Below, in pieces: positions 49,193 through 57,166 of a stretch of DNA of 64,000 nucleotides; within the stretch, counting starts at the first letter, position 1, and each line of letters opens with the position of its first letter. Source of the stretch: Acidimicrobiia bacterium (GTDB taxonomy: Bacteria; Actinomycetota; Acidimicrobiia; IMCC26256; DASPTH01); assembly GCA_046331125.1 (NCBI GenBank), contig JAXLRL010000019.1, positions 8,136-72,135 on the forward strand, in the 5' to 3' direction. Both the position numbers and the translations under genes were made by a program. The notes beneath the pieces were generated by a model. It was not told where the DNA came from. It ran no database searches and saw only the letters and a list, made by a program, of their open reading frames with translations.

Positions 49193-50527
49193 GTGAGACG
49201 TCTCGGTTCACTGACAGCCGTCGTGCTCGTCACACTCGGCCTCGTGGTCGCCGGCGGCATCGCCGGCGCGTCCACCCGGGCCGCGTCGGGCGAGAAGCCG
49301 ACCGCCACTGAGATCGGGGTCAGCGACTCCGAGATCCGCATCGCCGTCATCGCCGACGTCGACAACCCGTTCGCACCGGGTCTGTTCCAGGGCTCGGTCG
49401 ACGCGGTGAACGGCGCGGCGAAGACGATCAACCAGCAGGGCGGCATCGGTGGCCGCAAGGTCGTGGTCGACTTCATCGACTCGAAGCTCAACCCGAACGA
49501 GTCGCGCAATGCGGTCAGCGAGGCGTGCCAGAACGACTTCGCCATGGTCGGCGGCGCGTCACTCTTCCTCAGCAGCGTCGACGACGAGATCAACTGCAAG
49601 GACAAGGCCGGCAACACCACCGGTCTGCCCGACATCGGCGGCATCGTCACCGGTGTGCCGCAGCAGTGCTCGCCGGTGTCGTTCCCTGCGAACCCACCGC
49701 AACTCCTCTGTGACACGAAGGACAGCAACCCGCAGACCTACCAGGGCCAGCAGGGTGCGGCGAAGTGGTTCCTGAAGAACATCAACAAGAACCTGAAGGG
49801 GCCGTCGATCCAGCCGAACGACACCAAGGACGCCTACCGGGGCGACAAGGTGCAGGCGCTGATCAACGTGCAGGCCGGCATCAAGGAGACCCAGGAGGTC
49901 ACGCACTCGGGCCGTGACCCGCAGAGCGCGTACACCGCAGTCGTGCAGCAGATGAAGAACGACGGCGCCAACTACGTGTTCGACGGTCTCGCCTACCCGA
50001 ACATGATCCTCGTGCAGAAGGAGGCGGAGCTCCAGAGCGTCGACATGAAGTCCGTCACCTGGCAGTGCACCACCGCGTGCTACGACCCGAAGTACATCTC
50101 CGAAGGCGGTTCGACCGTCGAGGGCACCTACATGTGGGCCGCGTTCCTGCCGTTCCAGGAGGCCAAGTACAACAAGGCCCTGGCCACGATGGTGAAGAAC
50201 ATCGGGTCGACGAAGACGACCGGTCTCGGCGTGTACTCGTACGTCGCCGGCATGGCCTTCCAGCAGGTGATGAACGACGTGGTCAAGGAGCAGGGCGTGA
50301 ACGCGGTCACCCGCGCCAACCTGCTCGCCGGCCTCAAGAAGCTCACGAGCTTCGACGCCGGCGGCATCATCGGCACCGTCGACACGGCGAACAAGGTGGC
50401 GTCGCCGTGCTTCGTGCTCCTGCAGGTGAAGAACGCGAAGTTCGTGCGGGCGTGGCCGAAGAAGCCCGGCACCTTCGACTGCACCAAGTCGAACTACGCC
50501 ACGGTGAAGGACAACCTGATCGGCTGA
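49193..50527 (+). CDS. ABC-transporter substrate-binding protein (branched-chain amino-acid/Peripla_BP_6-like), with signal peptide
   Basis: The ORF is an intact 444 aa with a GTG start after GGGGGAAAC. It carries the signal peptide MRRLGSLTAVVLVTLGLVVAGGIAGAS, GVSDSEIRIAVIADVDNP… and AKTINQQGGIGGRKV. The Lys/Asn-rich composition contrasts with the neighbouring genes. Confidence 0.75.
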   Translation: MRRLGSLTAVVLVTLGLVVAGGIAGASTRAASGEKPTATEIGVSDSEIRIAVIADVDNPFAPGLFQGSVDAVNGAAKTINQQGGIGGRKVVVDFIDSKLNPNESRNAVSEACQNDFAMVGGASLFLSSVDDEINCKDKAGNTTGLPDIGGIVTGVPQQCSPVSFPANPPQLLCDTKDSNPQTYQGQQGAAKWFLKNINKNLKGPSIQPNDTKDAYRGDKVQALINVQAGIKETQEVTHSGRDPQSAYTAVVQQMKNDGANYVFDGLAYPNMILVQKEAELQSVDMKSVTWQCTTACYDPKYISEGGSTVEGTYMWAAFLPFQEAKYNKALATMVKNIGSTKTTGLGVYSYVAGMAFQQVMNDVVKEQGVNAVTRANLLAGLKKLTSFDAGGIIGTVDTANKVASPCFVLLQVKNAKFVRAWPKKPGTFDCTKSNYATVKDNLIG

Positions 50528-50623
50528 TCCGCATCCGCCGATCAACGGGCCGGGTTCCCCCCGGACGACCGTGACCGGTGCCCGTCACCCGACAGGGTGG
50601 CGGGCGCCGGCGCGGCAACCCGT

Positions 50624-51626
50624 TCAGACGCCGAAGGCCTCGTCGTGCCCGTCGGTGCGCGGCACCACGTGGTACTCCTCGCGGATCTCCACGAGCGGTC
50701 GGTGCGCGATCGCCAGATGGTCGATCTGGCTGAAGTCGCCCCGCACCTGACCACCCCGCACGAGCGCCTCGGCGAGCTCGTCGGCGGCGCCGGGCAGGTG
50801 GAGCGCACCCTCGCCGTCGGCGTCGGCGTAGATCGCCGCCCCGTTGGGCACGAACTGCGCGTGCTCGTCGTGGCCGTGCTTGATCATCCCGGCCTCGTGG
50901 ATCATCAGGTTCGCCATGAACGCCATCCAGTTGGCGTCGGTGTCGCCCATCGCGAGCTTGAACGCACCGAGTGCGATCTCGCCGGGACCGGTGGGTTCGT
51001 AGCCCGCGATCACGTGGTTCATGTCGTGGCTCACGTAGTACGCAGGCTCGGGCGTGTGGCGGCCGGGCAGCGGGAAGCCGTGCCGCGCGTAGAACTGCAG
51101 GTACGACCAGCCGAGCGTGCCCTCGGGGAGGTCGGCGAGCGCGGCCACCTGCGGGAGCACCTCGCCCCACGACGGGTCGTCACGCGGCGGGATCGGTGAC
51201 GTCGGGGTCGGAGGCCGGGCAGGAACGTCTGGTAGTGGCGCACGAAGTCGGCGGATGCGTGCTGCGCGTCCTCGCTCACCCACGCGCGGATCGCGTCGAG
51301 CTGCGGGCCGTCGATCCCGAGCGCGGCGGCGTGACCCGTCGAGCTGTTGCACCTGCGCGGCCGACGCGGGATGGCGGCACACCTCGAGCACGAGCGCGAC
51401 CTGCACGAAGCGACGCCGCGTCGCGTCGTCGGCGAGCGCCGCCGCGACCGCATCAGGTGCACACGGCGCAGGGCGTCCCAGCCGGCGTCGTCGAGGCCCC
51501 AGAGGTGGGTGGCGATCGCGCGCGGCCACTCGTCTGCTCCACGGTGGCGCCGTCGTCGACGCTGCACACGCCCCGCAGCCCACCGACGAAGGCCGGGACG
51601 TGTTCGGGGTCGAGGTGCAGGGTCAT
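50624..51626 (-). pseudogene. Coq4-like (HDxxH-x11-E motif) family protein, N-terminal half frameshifted
   Basis: The C-terminal part reads cleanly: LPEGTLGWSYLQFYARHGFPLPGRHTPEPAYYVSHDMNHVIAGYEPTGPGEIALGAF… . The N-terminus MTLHLDPEHVPAFVGGLRGV… lies in another frame. The start overlaps the upstream stop (TGATG). Confidence 0.5.
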
Positions 51627-52852
51627 CAGTTGTCCCAGTCGCCGCGCACCTCGCGCAGGAGCGCGAAGCGGCCGGCCGCGTCGGCGGATTCGTAGCGTTC
51701 GAGGCGGTCGACCATACGCCGCACCATCTCGAAGGTGGAGTCGATGGTGACGTACTTGTACATCCCGAGCCGACCGAGCGGGATGATGCCGGCCCGTCGG
51801 GTGGCGAGCTCCAGATAGCGCAGGAACTTCTCGTCCTCCCACCACACCGGGTACATGCGCACCGAGTCGTCGACGATCTCGCGCACCACCACCGACGGTT
51901 GACGACCCGCGGCCTCGGGTCCGTGGTGGATGACCCCGAAGTCGGTGGTGCGGTTGACGGGCGTCTGCGGCCACGGCGTGTACACCCACGCGAACGGCAC
52001 GCCGTCGGGGGCCCGGCCGAGCCGTTCGGGATCGGAGCCGTCGACCACCTCGGTCTCGATCCGGTAGCCGCGCCACTCGAGCGGCCCGAACGCGAAGTCG
52101 AGCATCTCGTCGATGGGCCCGGTCGCGAGCACGAGGTCGCCGCGGAACGCGCCACGCTCGGTGTGCACGACCGGCCCGTCGTCGTCACGCTCGATCCGTT
52201 GTGCGGCGACCCCGGTGTGCACCTCGGCCCCCTCGAGCAGCGCCGCAAGCAAGGGGTTGAACCCGCCGACCGGGTAGTGGTGGGGCGCGACGCTCGGCAG
52301 GCGGAAGTCGCCGTGCTCGGCGACCCGCTCGAGCCGCCGCAGCTTGCCCCATTCGGCGGGCATGTCCTCCAGGCGCCGACCCCAGAACTTCTCGTTGAAC
52401 CCGGCGAACGCGAGCTCCGTGAGCGTGGGCCCGACGCTCGTGACCAGGTAGTCACGGAGGCTGCCCTCCGCGGGTGGGCGACCGGCGGCGCGGATCGCCT
52501 CGAGCTCGGCGCGCACCTGCGGACCGCACGGCAGGCGATCGACGCTCTCGAGGTCGACGGGGAACGGCACGACCGGGTAGTCGGGCAGCAGGCGCGTGCC
52601 CTGGTAGACGGTGCGTTCCTCCAACGTGACGAACCGGCGGACGAAGTCGAGCGCGTCGGGCGTGCCGCGGAACACGCTCACGATGCGCGGGCCGTACTCG
52701 TAGGGCACGCCATCGGGCGTGTACATCGTGCGCAACATGCCGCCCGTGGACTCGCTCGCCTCGAGCACGACCACTTCGGCGTCGAGGCGGTCGCGCAGCA
52801 TCCACGCAGCACACGCACCGGCGAAGCCCGCGCCGACGATCACCACCCGCAT
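51626..52852 (-). CDS. UDP-galactopyranose mutase-like FAD-dependent enzyme
   Basis: The ORF is an intact 408 aa: MRVVIVGAGFAGACAAWML (GxGxxG), FNEKFWGRR and GRLGMYKYVTIDSTFEMV. From memory these resemble the Glf YxxKxWG and GRLxxYxYxxMD motifs. Confidence 0.6.
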   Translation of the reverse strand: MRVVIVGAGFAGACAAWMLRDRLDAEVVVLEASESTGGMLRTMYTPDGVPYEYGPRIVSVFRGTPDALDFVRRFVTLEERTVYQGTRLLPDYPVVPFPVDLESVDRLPCGPQVRAELEAIRAAGRPPAEGSLRDYLVTSVGPTLTELAFAGFNEKFWGRRLEDMPAEWGKLRRLERVAEHGDFRLPSVAPHHYPVGGFNPLLAALLEGAEVHTGVAAQRIERDDDGPVVHTERGAFRGDLVLATGPIDEMLDFAFGPLEWRGYRIETEVVDGSDPERLGRAPDGVPFAWVYTPWPQTPVNRTTDFGVIHHGPEAAGRQPSVVVREIVDDSVRMYPVWWEDEKFLRYLELATRRAGIIPLGRLGMYKYVTIDSTFEMVRRMVDRLERYESADAAGRFALLREVRGDWDN

Positions 52853-52920
52853 CGATCACGCTCCCCTCGGGAGCCACCTAGGCTACGGGCCTTGCGAGCC
52901 GTGCGGCGGGAACTCGATCG

Positions 52921-54126
52921 ATGAGGATCGCCGTCATCGAACGCTTCACCGGACTGTCGCGTCGGTGCACGGTCGAGAAGATCACCGGGCCCGATGACGA
53001 CACGGTCGTCTGGCAGCTCGACGGTCCGGCTGCGTTGTCGCCGGCGGTCGCGTGGCGCGCGGTGGTGGCGTGGTGCGTCGTCCCGGTCGGGCTGCGGCGG
53101 CGGTGGTCGCTGCTGCGCGCCTGCCTCGCCATGCGGAACTGGCGCCGCAACGCGTTGCTGCGAGTCCCCGCGTGGGCGACCGAGATCGCGAAGGGCCGGA
53201 TCGACGAGGTCGTGTGCTTCTCGGACGCGCAGTTCCCGGTCGCGGTGCTGCTCGCGTCGTGGACCGGTCGCCCGCTGCGCCGGCAACTCGACGTGGCGAC
53301 GAAGTACCTCGGCGAGTTCGCGTTCGAGCACCTCGCGGTGATCCCGTACGCCTACTGGCTGCACACGCAGGGAAGGCTGCAGTTCACCGAAGCGAGCGCC
53401 GACACCCGCTGCTTCTACCCCTTCTCCCCCGACCACACCGAGCACCCCGGCGCGCGGCACTACATCGGGATCACCGAGTACCCCGTCGCCGTCCGCAGTC
53501 CCCGCGAGTTCGACGTCCCGCACTTCCCGCGCACCCTCGACGTCTCACAGTGGGTCCCTCCCCCCTACCGCGAGCTGTACGGCGACGACGCGCGCTTCGT
53601 GTGGCCGAAGCCGGCGATCGTCGTGTGCAACAAGACGAACGAGGAGCCCTTCCTCGACGACTTGACGAAGCCGAACACCATCGACTTGCCCACGCTGCTC
53701 GAGCTGGTGAGACGACTGCGCGGCCGGTACACGGTGATCTACAACCGCCCCACGGCGCACGACATCGTGCCCGACCACGCGGCGATCGCCGAGCCCGGCG
53801 ATCTCGAGGCCCTGCGCGCCCACTTCCCCGACGTGCACCTGATCCAGGACCTGCACGCCGCGCACCCCGAGCTCACGTTCAACGAGCTGCAGCTGCGCGT
53901 GTTCGCGTCGGCGACGCGGTTCGTGTCGGTCCTCGGCGGATCGTCGTACCTCGCCAGCTACTTCGGCGGCACGAACGTCGTGCTCGCCAAAGAAGGCTGG
54001 GAAGTTCGCTGCGGCGCCTACGACGGCTGGTTCCGGCTGTTCTCCGGCGCCCGGCTGGTGCGCGTCGCCGACGAGGCGGAGCTGCTCCGCACCGTCGCCG
54101 ACGAATGGCTCACGCCGGAGCCGTGA
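52921..54126 (+). CDS. hypothetical protein (possible glycosyltransferase-like), divergent from the mutase-like gene
   Basis: The ORF is an intact 401 aa with protein-like composition. I recognised no motif with confidence. The C-terminal FVSVLGGSSYLASYFGGTNVVL is faintly reminiscent of a nucleotide-sugar GT. Confidence 0.5.
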   Translation: MRIAVIERFTGLSRRCTVEKITGPDDDTVVWQLDGPAALSPAVAWRAVVAWCVVPVGLRRRWSLLRACLAMRNWRRNALLRVPAWATEIAKGRIDEVVCFSDAQFPVAVLLASWTGRPLRRQLDVATKYLGEFAFEHLAVIPYAYWLHTQGRLQFTEASADTRCFYPFSPDHTEHPGARHYIGITEYPVAVRSPREFDVPHFPRTLDVSQWVPPPYRELYGDDARFVWPKPAIVVCNKTNEEPFLDDLTKPNTIDLPTLLELVRRLRGRYTVIYNRPTAHDIVPDHAAIAEPGDLEALRAHFPDVHLIQDLHAAHPELTFNELQLRVFASATRFVSVLGGSSYLASYFGGTNVVLAKEGWEVRCGAYDGWFRLFSGARLVRVADEAELLRTVADEWLTPEP

Positions 54127-54781
54127 CCGTGGGGGTCGGCGTGGGGAACGTGTAGGTGATCTTCACCGGCACGCTCTGCCCGTTCACCTTCGTTGCGTAG
54201 CTCAGCTGGGTGATGCGGCCGTTGGCGATCTTGGCGCGGCCCTTGACCTTGCCGGTGGCCTGGGCGCCCACCAACGACGCGGCGGCCTTCGGTGCCAGCG
54301 TGAAGGTGACGACCTTGCCCGACTGCTTCACCCCGCTCGCCTGCTGCAACGCGGCGAAGGTGGTGCGGAGGTCCGACGTGGTGGTGCCCGTGGGCTGCGC
54401 CTTCTGCCAGGCCCCCGCGGCGTTCTTCGCGTACACGTCGGTGCCGACCATCACGACCTCCGACGGCGCCTGGGTGCCGATCTGCACGGTCTCGTGGATC
54501 CGGTCGGGCGCCTGGTACTCGCCGGTGATCTTCACCTTGCCGGCGCCGTTCCCCACCGCGGCGGTGAACGTGTAGCCGGGGACCTGTTGCATCGCGGCAA
54601 CTGCCGTCTGCAATTGCGACTTGGCCGAGCCGCCGGCAGCCCCGGCCGGCGCGAAGGAGGCGGTGAGGGCCATGCCGACGGTCGCGGCCACGGAGGCCAC
54701 GACCATCGACAGAGCGCGGACGCGGGGACGCCGGTGGCTGGATGCCACCGGCGCGATCCCCTTGGTGCTGCGTTCAGTCAT
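54110..54781 (-). CDS. exported hypothetical protein (signal peptide)
   Basis: The ATG at 54781 (MTERSTKG…) overlaps the upstream stop by 8 nt. It carries a hydrophobic signal (LSMVVASVAATVGMALTASFAPAGAAGG) and a mature part rich in beta-strand-like T/K/V segments. Confidence 0.55.
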   Translation of the reverse strand: MTERSTKGIAPVASSHRRPRVRALSMVVASVAATVGMALTASFAPAGAAGGSAKSQLQTAVAAMQQVPGYTFTAAVGNGAGKVKITGEYQAPDRIHETVQIGTQAPSEVVMVGTDVYAKNAAGAWQKAQPTGTTTSDLRTTFAALQQASGVKQSGKVVTFTLAPKAAASLVGAQATGKVKGRAKIANGRITQLSYATKVNGQSVPVKITYTFPTPTPTVTAPA

Positions 54782-55340
54782 CGCTGCCGTGACCACCGGA
54801 GTTGCCGCCACCCGAGTTGCTGCCACCCGAGTTCCCGGAGTTGCCACCCGAGTTGTCGGAGCCGGAGTCGTCACTGCCGGAGTTGCCCGAGTTGTCGTCA
54901 CCGTTCGGGTGCTCGACCTCGCTCTCGCCGCTGTGCTCCGACTCGTTCTCGTTCTCGACCTCGGTGCCGTGCTCGACCTCGGCCTCGACCTCGGTGCCAC
55001 CGTCTTCCGCGTGGCTCGTGACGTTGACCTGCTGCTCGGTGCCGTCGGCCAGGGTCACCGTGAGGTGGGCGCCGGTTGCGTCAACCACCACTGCGCCGGG
55101 GGTGACACCGTCGAGAGCGTCGAGGCTCAGGCCGGTGATCGCACCGGTGTCGTCGAGGGTCACCGTCACGTCACCGATGCCGGCGAGGGTCAGGGTGACC
55201 GAGCCGGCGCCGGCCGGCGCGGTGGCCTCGGTCTCGGTCTCCGTGGCCGGGCTGGCCATGGCCGGGGCCGCGAGACCGGCGACGGTGCCGAATCCGAGGG
55301 CTGCCCCGAAGGCCAGTGCTGCGATCTTGGTCCGCTTCAT
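54774..55340 (-). CDS. exported acidic protein with E/H-rich block and GNSG/SD low-complexity tail
   Basis: It carries the signal peptide MKRTKIAALAFGAALGFGTVAGLAAPAMA. The sequence continues …EVEAEVEHGTEVENENESEHSGESEVEHPNGDDNSGNSGSDDSGSDNSGGNSGNSGGSNSGGGNSGGHGSDD. Confidence 0.6.
   Translation of the reverse strand: MKRTKIAALAFGAALGFGTVAGLAAPAMASPATETETEATAPAGAGSVTLTLAGIGDVTVTLDDTGAITGLSLDALDGVTPGAVVVDATGAHLTVTLADGTEQQVNVTSHAEDGGTEVEAEVEHGTEVENENESEHSGESEVEHPNGDDNSGNSGSDDSGSDNSGGNSGNSGGSNSGGGNSGGHGSDD
54785..54900. repeat. degenerate short tandem repeats (CCACCCGAGTTGC-like units) encoding the GNSG tail
   Basis: Read directly from the sequence: repeated ccaccggagttgcc / ccacccgagttgc / ccggagttgcc units. 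This is a coding low-complexity region, not a CRISPR array. Confidence 0.8.
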
Positions 55341-55492
55341 GGGTGTGGTCCTCCTGAAGGGCGTGACTATGGTCCGAATCGCTTCCGAGACCCGGGTGTC
55401 ACACCCGCCTTCGTGCTCAGTGCCCGTGGGGACCGGTCGGGTATGGCACGCCCGGCCGGGGCAGTTGGTTTGGCGAACGAGGAGATTTCGTC

Positions 55493-56170
55493 GTGGACGG
55501 GCAGGAGATCGAGGCGAATTCTGGGGATCGGCCCCTCCACGTCGACGTGTGGTCGGACCTGGCGTGCCCCTGGTGCTACGTGGGCCGGCGCCGCTTCGCC
55601 GAGGGCCTCGAGCGCTACCGGGCCGCCGGTGGCACCCGCCCGGTGGAGGTCGAGTACCACTCGTTCGAGCTCGCCCCCGACACCCCGGTCGACTTCGACG
55701 GCACGGAGGTCGACTTCCTCGTCGGCTTCAAGGGGCTGCCCGAGGCGCAGGCCCGCCAGATGCTCGACCGCATGACCGAGACCGCGGCGGCCGAGGGCCT
55801 CGCGTTCGACTTCGGGTCGCTCCAGCACACCAACACGCTGCTCGCCCACGAGGTGCTGCACCTCGCGAAGGCGCACGGCGTGCAGGAGGAGATGAAGGAG
55901 CGGCTGCAGTCGGCGTACTTCGTGGAGGGTCGCCACACCGGTCGTGTCGAGGACCTCGCCGACCTCGCCGTCGACGTGGGACTCGACCGCGACGAAGTGG
56001 TCGCCGCGCTCACCGACCACCGCTATGCCGATGCGGTGCGCGCCGACATCGAGCAGGCGCACGAGTACCAGATCCGCGGTGTGCCCTTCTTCGTGTTCGA
56101 CGGTCAGCTCGGTGTGTCCGGCGCCGCCGACCCCACGACCTTCGCGCAAGCGCTCACCGAAGTGAGTTGA
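55493..56170 (+). CDS. DsbA family oxidoreductase (FrnE-like thiol:disulfide oxidoreductase/isomerase)
   Basis: The ORF is intact with a GAGGAG RBS. It carries LHVDVWSDLACPWCYVGRRRF (CPWC active site) and …VRGVPFFVFDG… . Confidence 0.8.
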   Translation: MDGQEIEANSGDRPLHVDVWSDLACPWCYVGRRRFAEGLERYRAAGGTRPVEVEYHSFELAPDTPVDFDGTEVDFLVGFKGLPEAQARQMLDRMTETAAAEGLAFDFGSLQHTNTLLAHEVLHLAKAHGVQEEMKERLQSAYFVEGRHTGRVEDLADLAVDVGLDRDEVVAALTDHRYADAVRADIEQAHEYQIRGVPFFVFDGQLGVSGAADPTTFAQALTEVS

Positions 56171-56234
56171 TCAACCCGTCACGGCAGGCCGCTACCGTCG
56201 TGCGACACGCCGGGACATCACTGCGGAGGTCACG

Positions 56235-57162
56235 ATGGGGCGGGTCATCGACGAGGTACACGTCGAACTGACGGTGCAGGCGTTGCTCGGCGCGATCGAC
56301 ACCGGTGACGGCGGCACCGACGAGCAGCGCGCCGTGCTGCGGGCGCTCGTCGACGGCTACTGGCAACGCCCCGAGCTCGACCTCGGCGCGTTGGCGGCGT
56401 TGCGCCGGAGGCCGCGGCCACCGCGATCACCGACCCGACGAGTGCGCGTCCGCGTGCGCGAGCTCATGGTCGTCCTCGAACTGGCCGCCACCCGTTGACT
56501 GCCGAGCAGGTGAAGCAGGTCGGCAAGTGCGACGGCGCTGGACGAGGACGGGTGCCGGCCTCCACCGCGCGTGACCTGGTGCGCGAGACGATGGCGCAAA
56601 CCGCCCTCGGCTTCGACGCGCAACGAAGTGCGCATCGAATGGTCCGGAGCGTCGCTCGTGGAGCAGTACCTCACCACGTTGCCCGCCTGACGCCGCGCTA
56701 CAGCACCGGCTCCTGCGCCTTCTGGGACCTCCCCGAGGGCACGCTCGGGCGAGTACGTCGAGTTCTACGACGCAACGGGTTCCCGAGCTGCCGGGCGAGC
56801 GTCGCCAACCCCGCGTTCTTCGTCGCGCACGACATGACGCACGTGATCGCCGGCTACGGCACCACCGGTCCGGAGGAAGATGCGCGCTGTCCGCGCTGAT
56901 CCTCACGATGCACGACACGCCGGCGCACTGGGTGCTCCTGCTGGCCAGCCTCGCGTCGTACGAGGCGGGCGTGCCGACCGGCAGCGGGTTCGAGGAGAAG
57001 ACCGGGGTGTTCGCCCGGCCCGGCGCGGCCGACCTCTTCGCCGAGGCACTCGCTCGCGGCGCGGCATGCACCGGCGACTTCGCGTCGATGGACCACCTCG
57101 CCGCGGCGGCGCGGCCAGTCGCCGAGATCCGCGAGGAGTTCGGGGTACCGCCGCGAGGGTGA
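56235..57162 (+). pseudogene. Coq4-like (HDxxH-x11-E) family protein, second copy, frameshifted
   Basis: Segments lie in three frames: MGRVIDEVHVELTVQALLGAIDTGDGGTDEQRAVLRALVDGYWQRPELD…, LPEGTLG…PAFFVAHDMTHVIAGYGTTGPEE and MHDTPAHWVLLLASLASYEAG…DFASMDHLAAAARPVAEIREEFGVPPRG. Confidence 0.5.
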
Positions 57163-57166
57163 CGCG

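Noticed and set aside
54785-54900. Short tandem repeats as a possible CRISPR array or satellite
   Set aside because: The units are about 13 nt, degenerate and contiguous, with no spacers. They lie inside a coding region, where they encode a GNSG/SD low-complexity tail. The same holds for the 15-bp duplication at 18451-18480.
624-57162. Programmed ribosomal frameshifting or transcriptional slippage as the explanation for the broken genes
   Set aside because: There are far too many shifts per gene (up to about 10), in both directions, without recurring slippery heptamers or downstream pseudoknot-like structures. Pseudogenisation or indel error is the more economical explanation.
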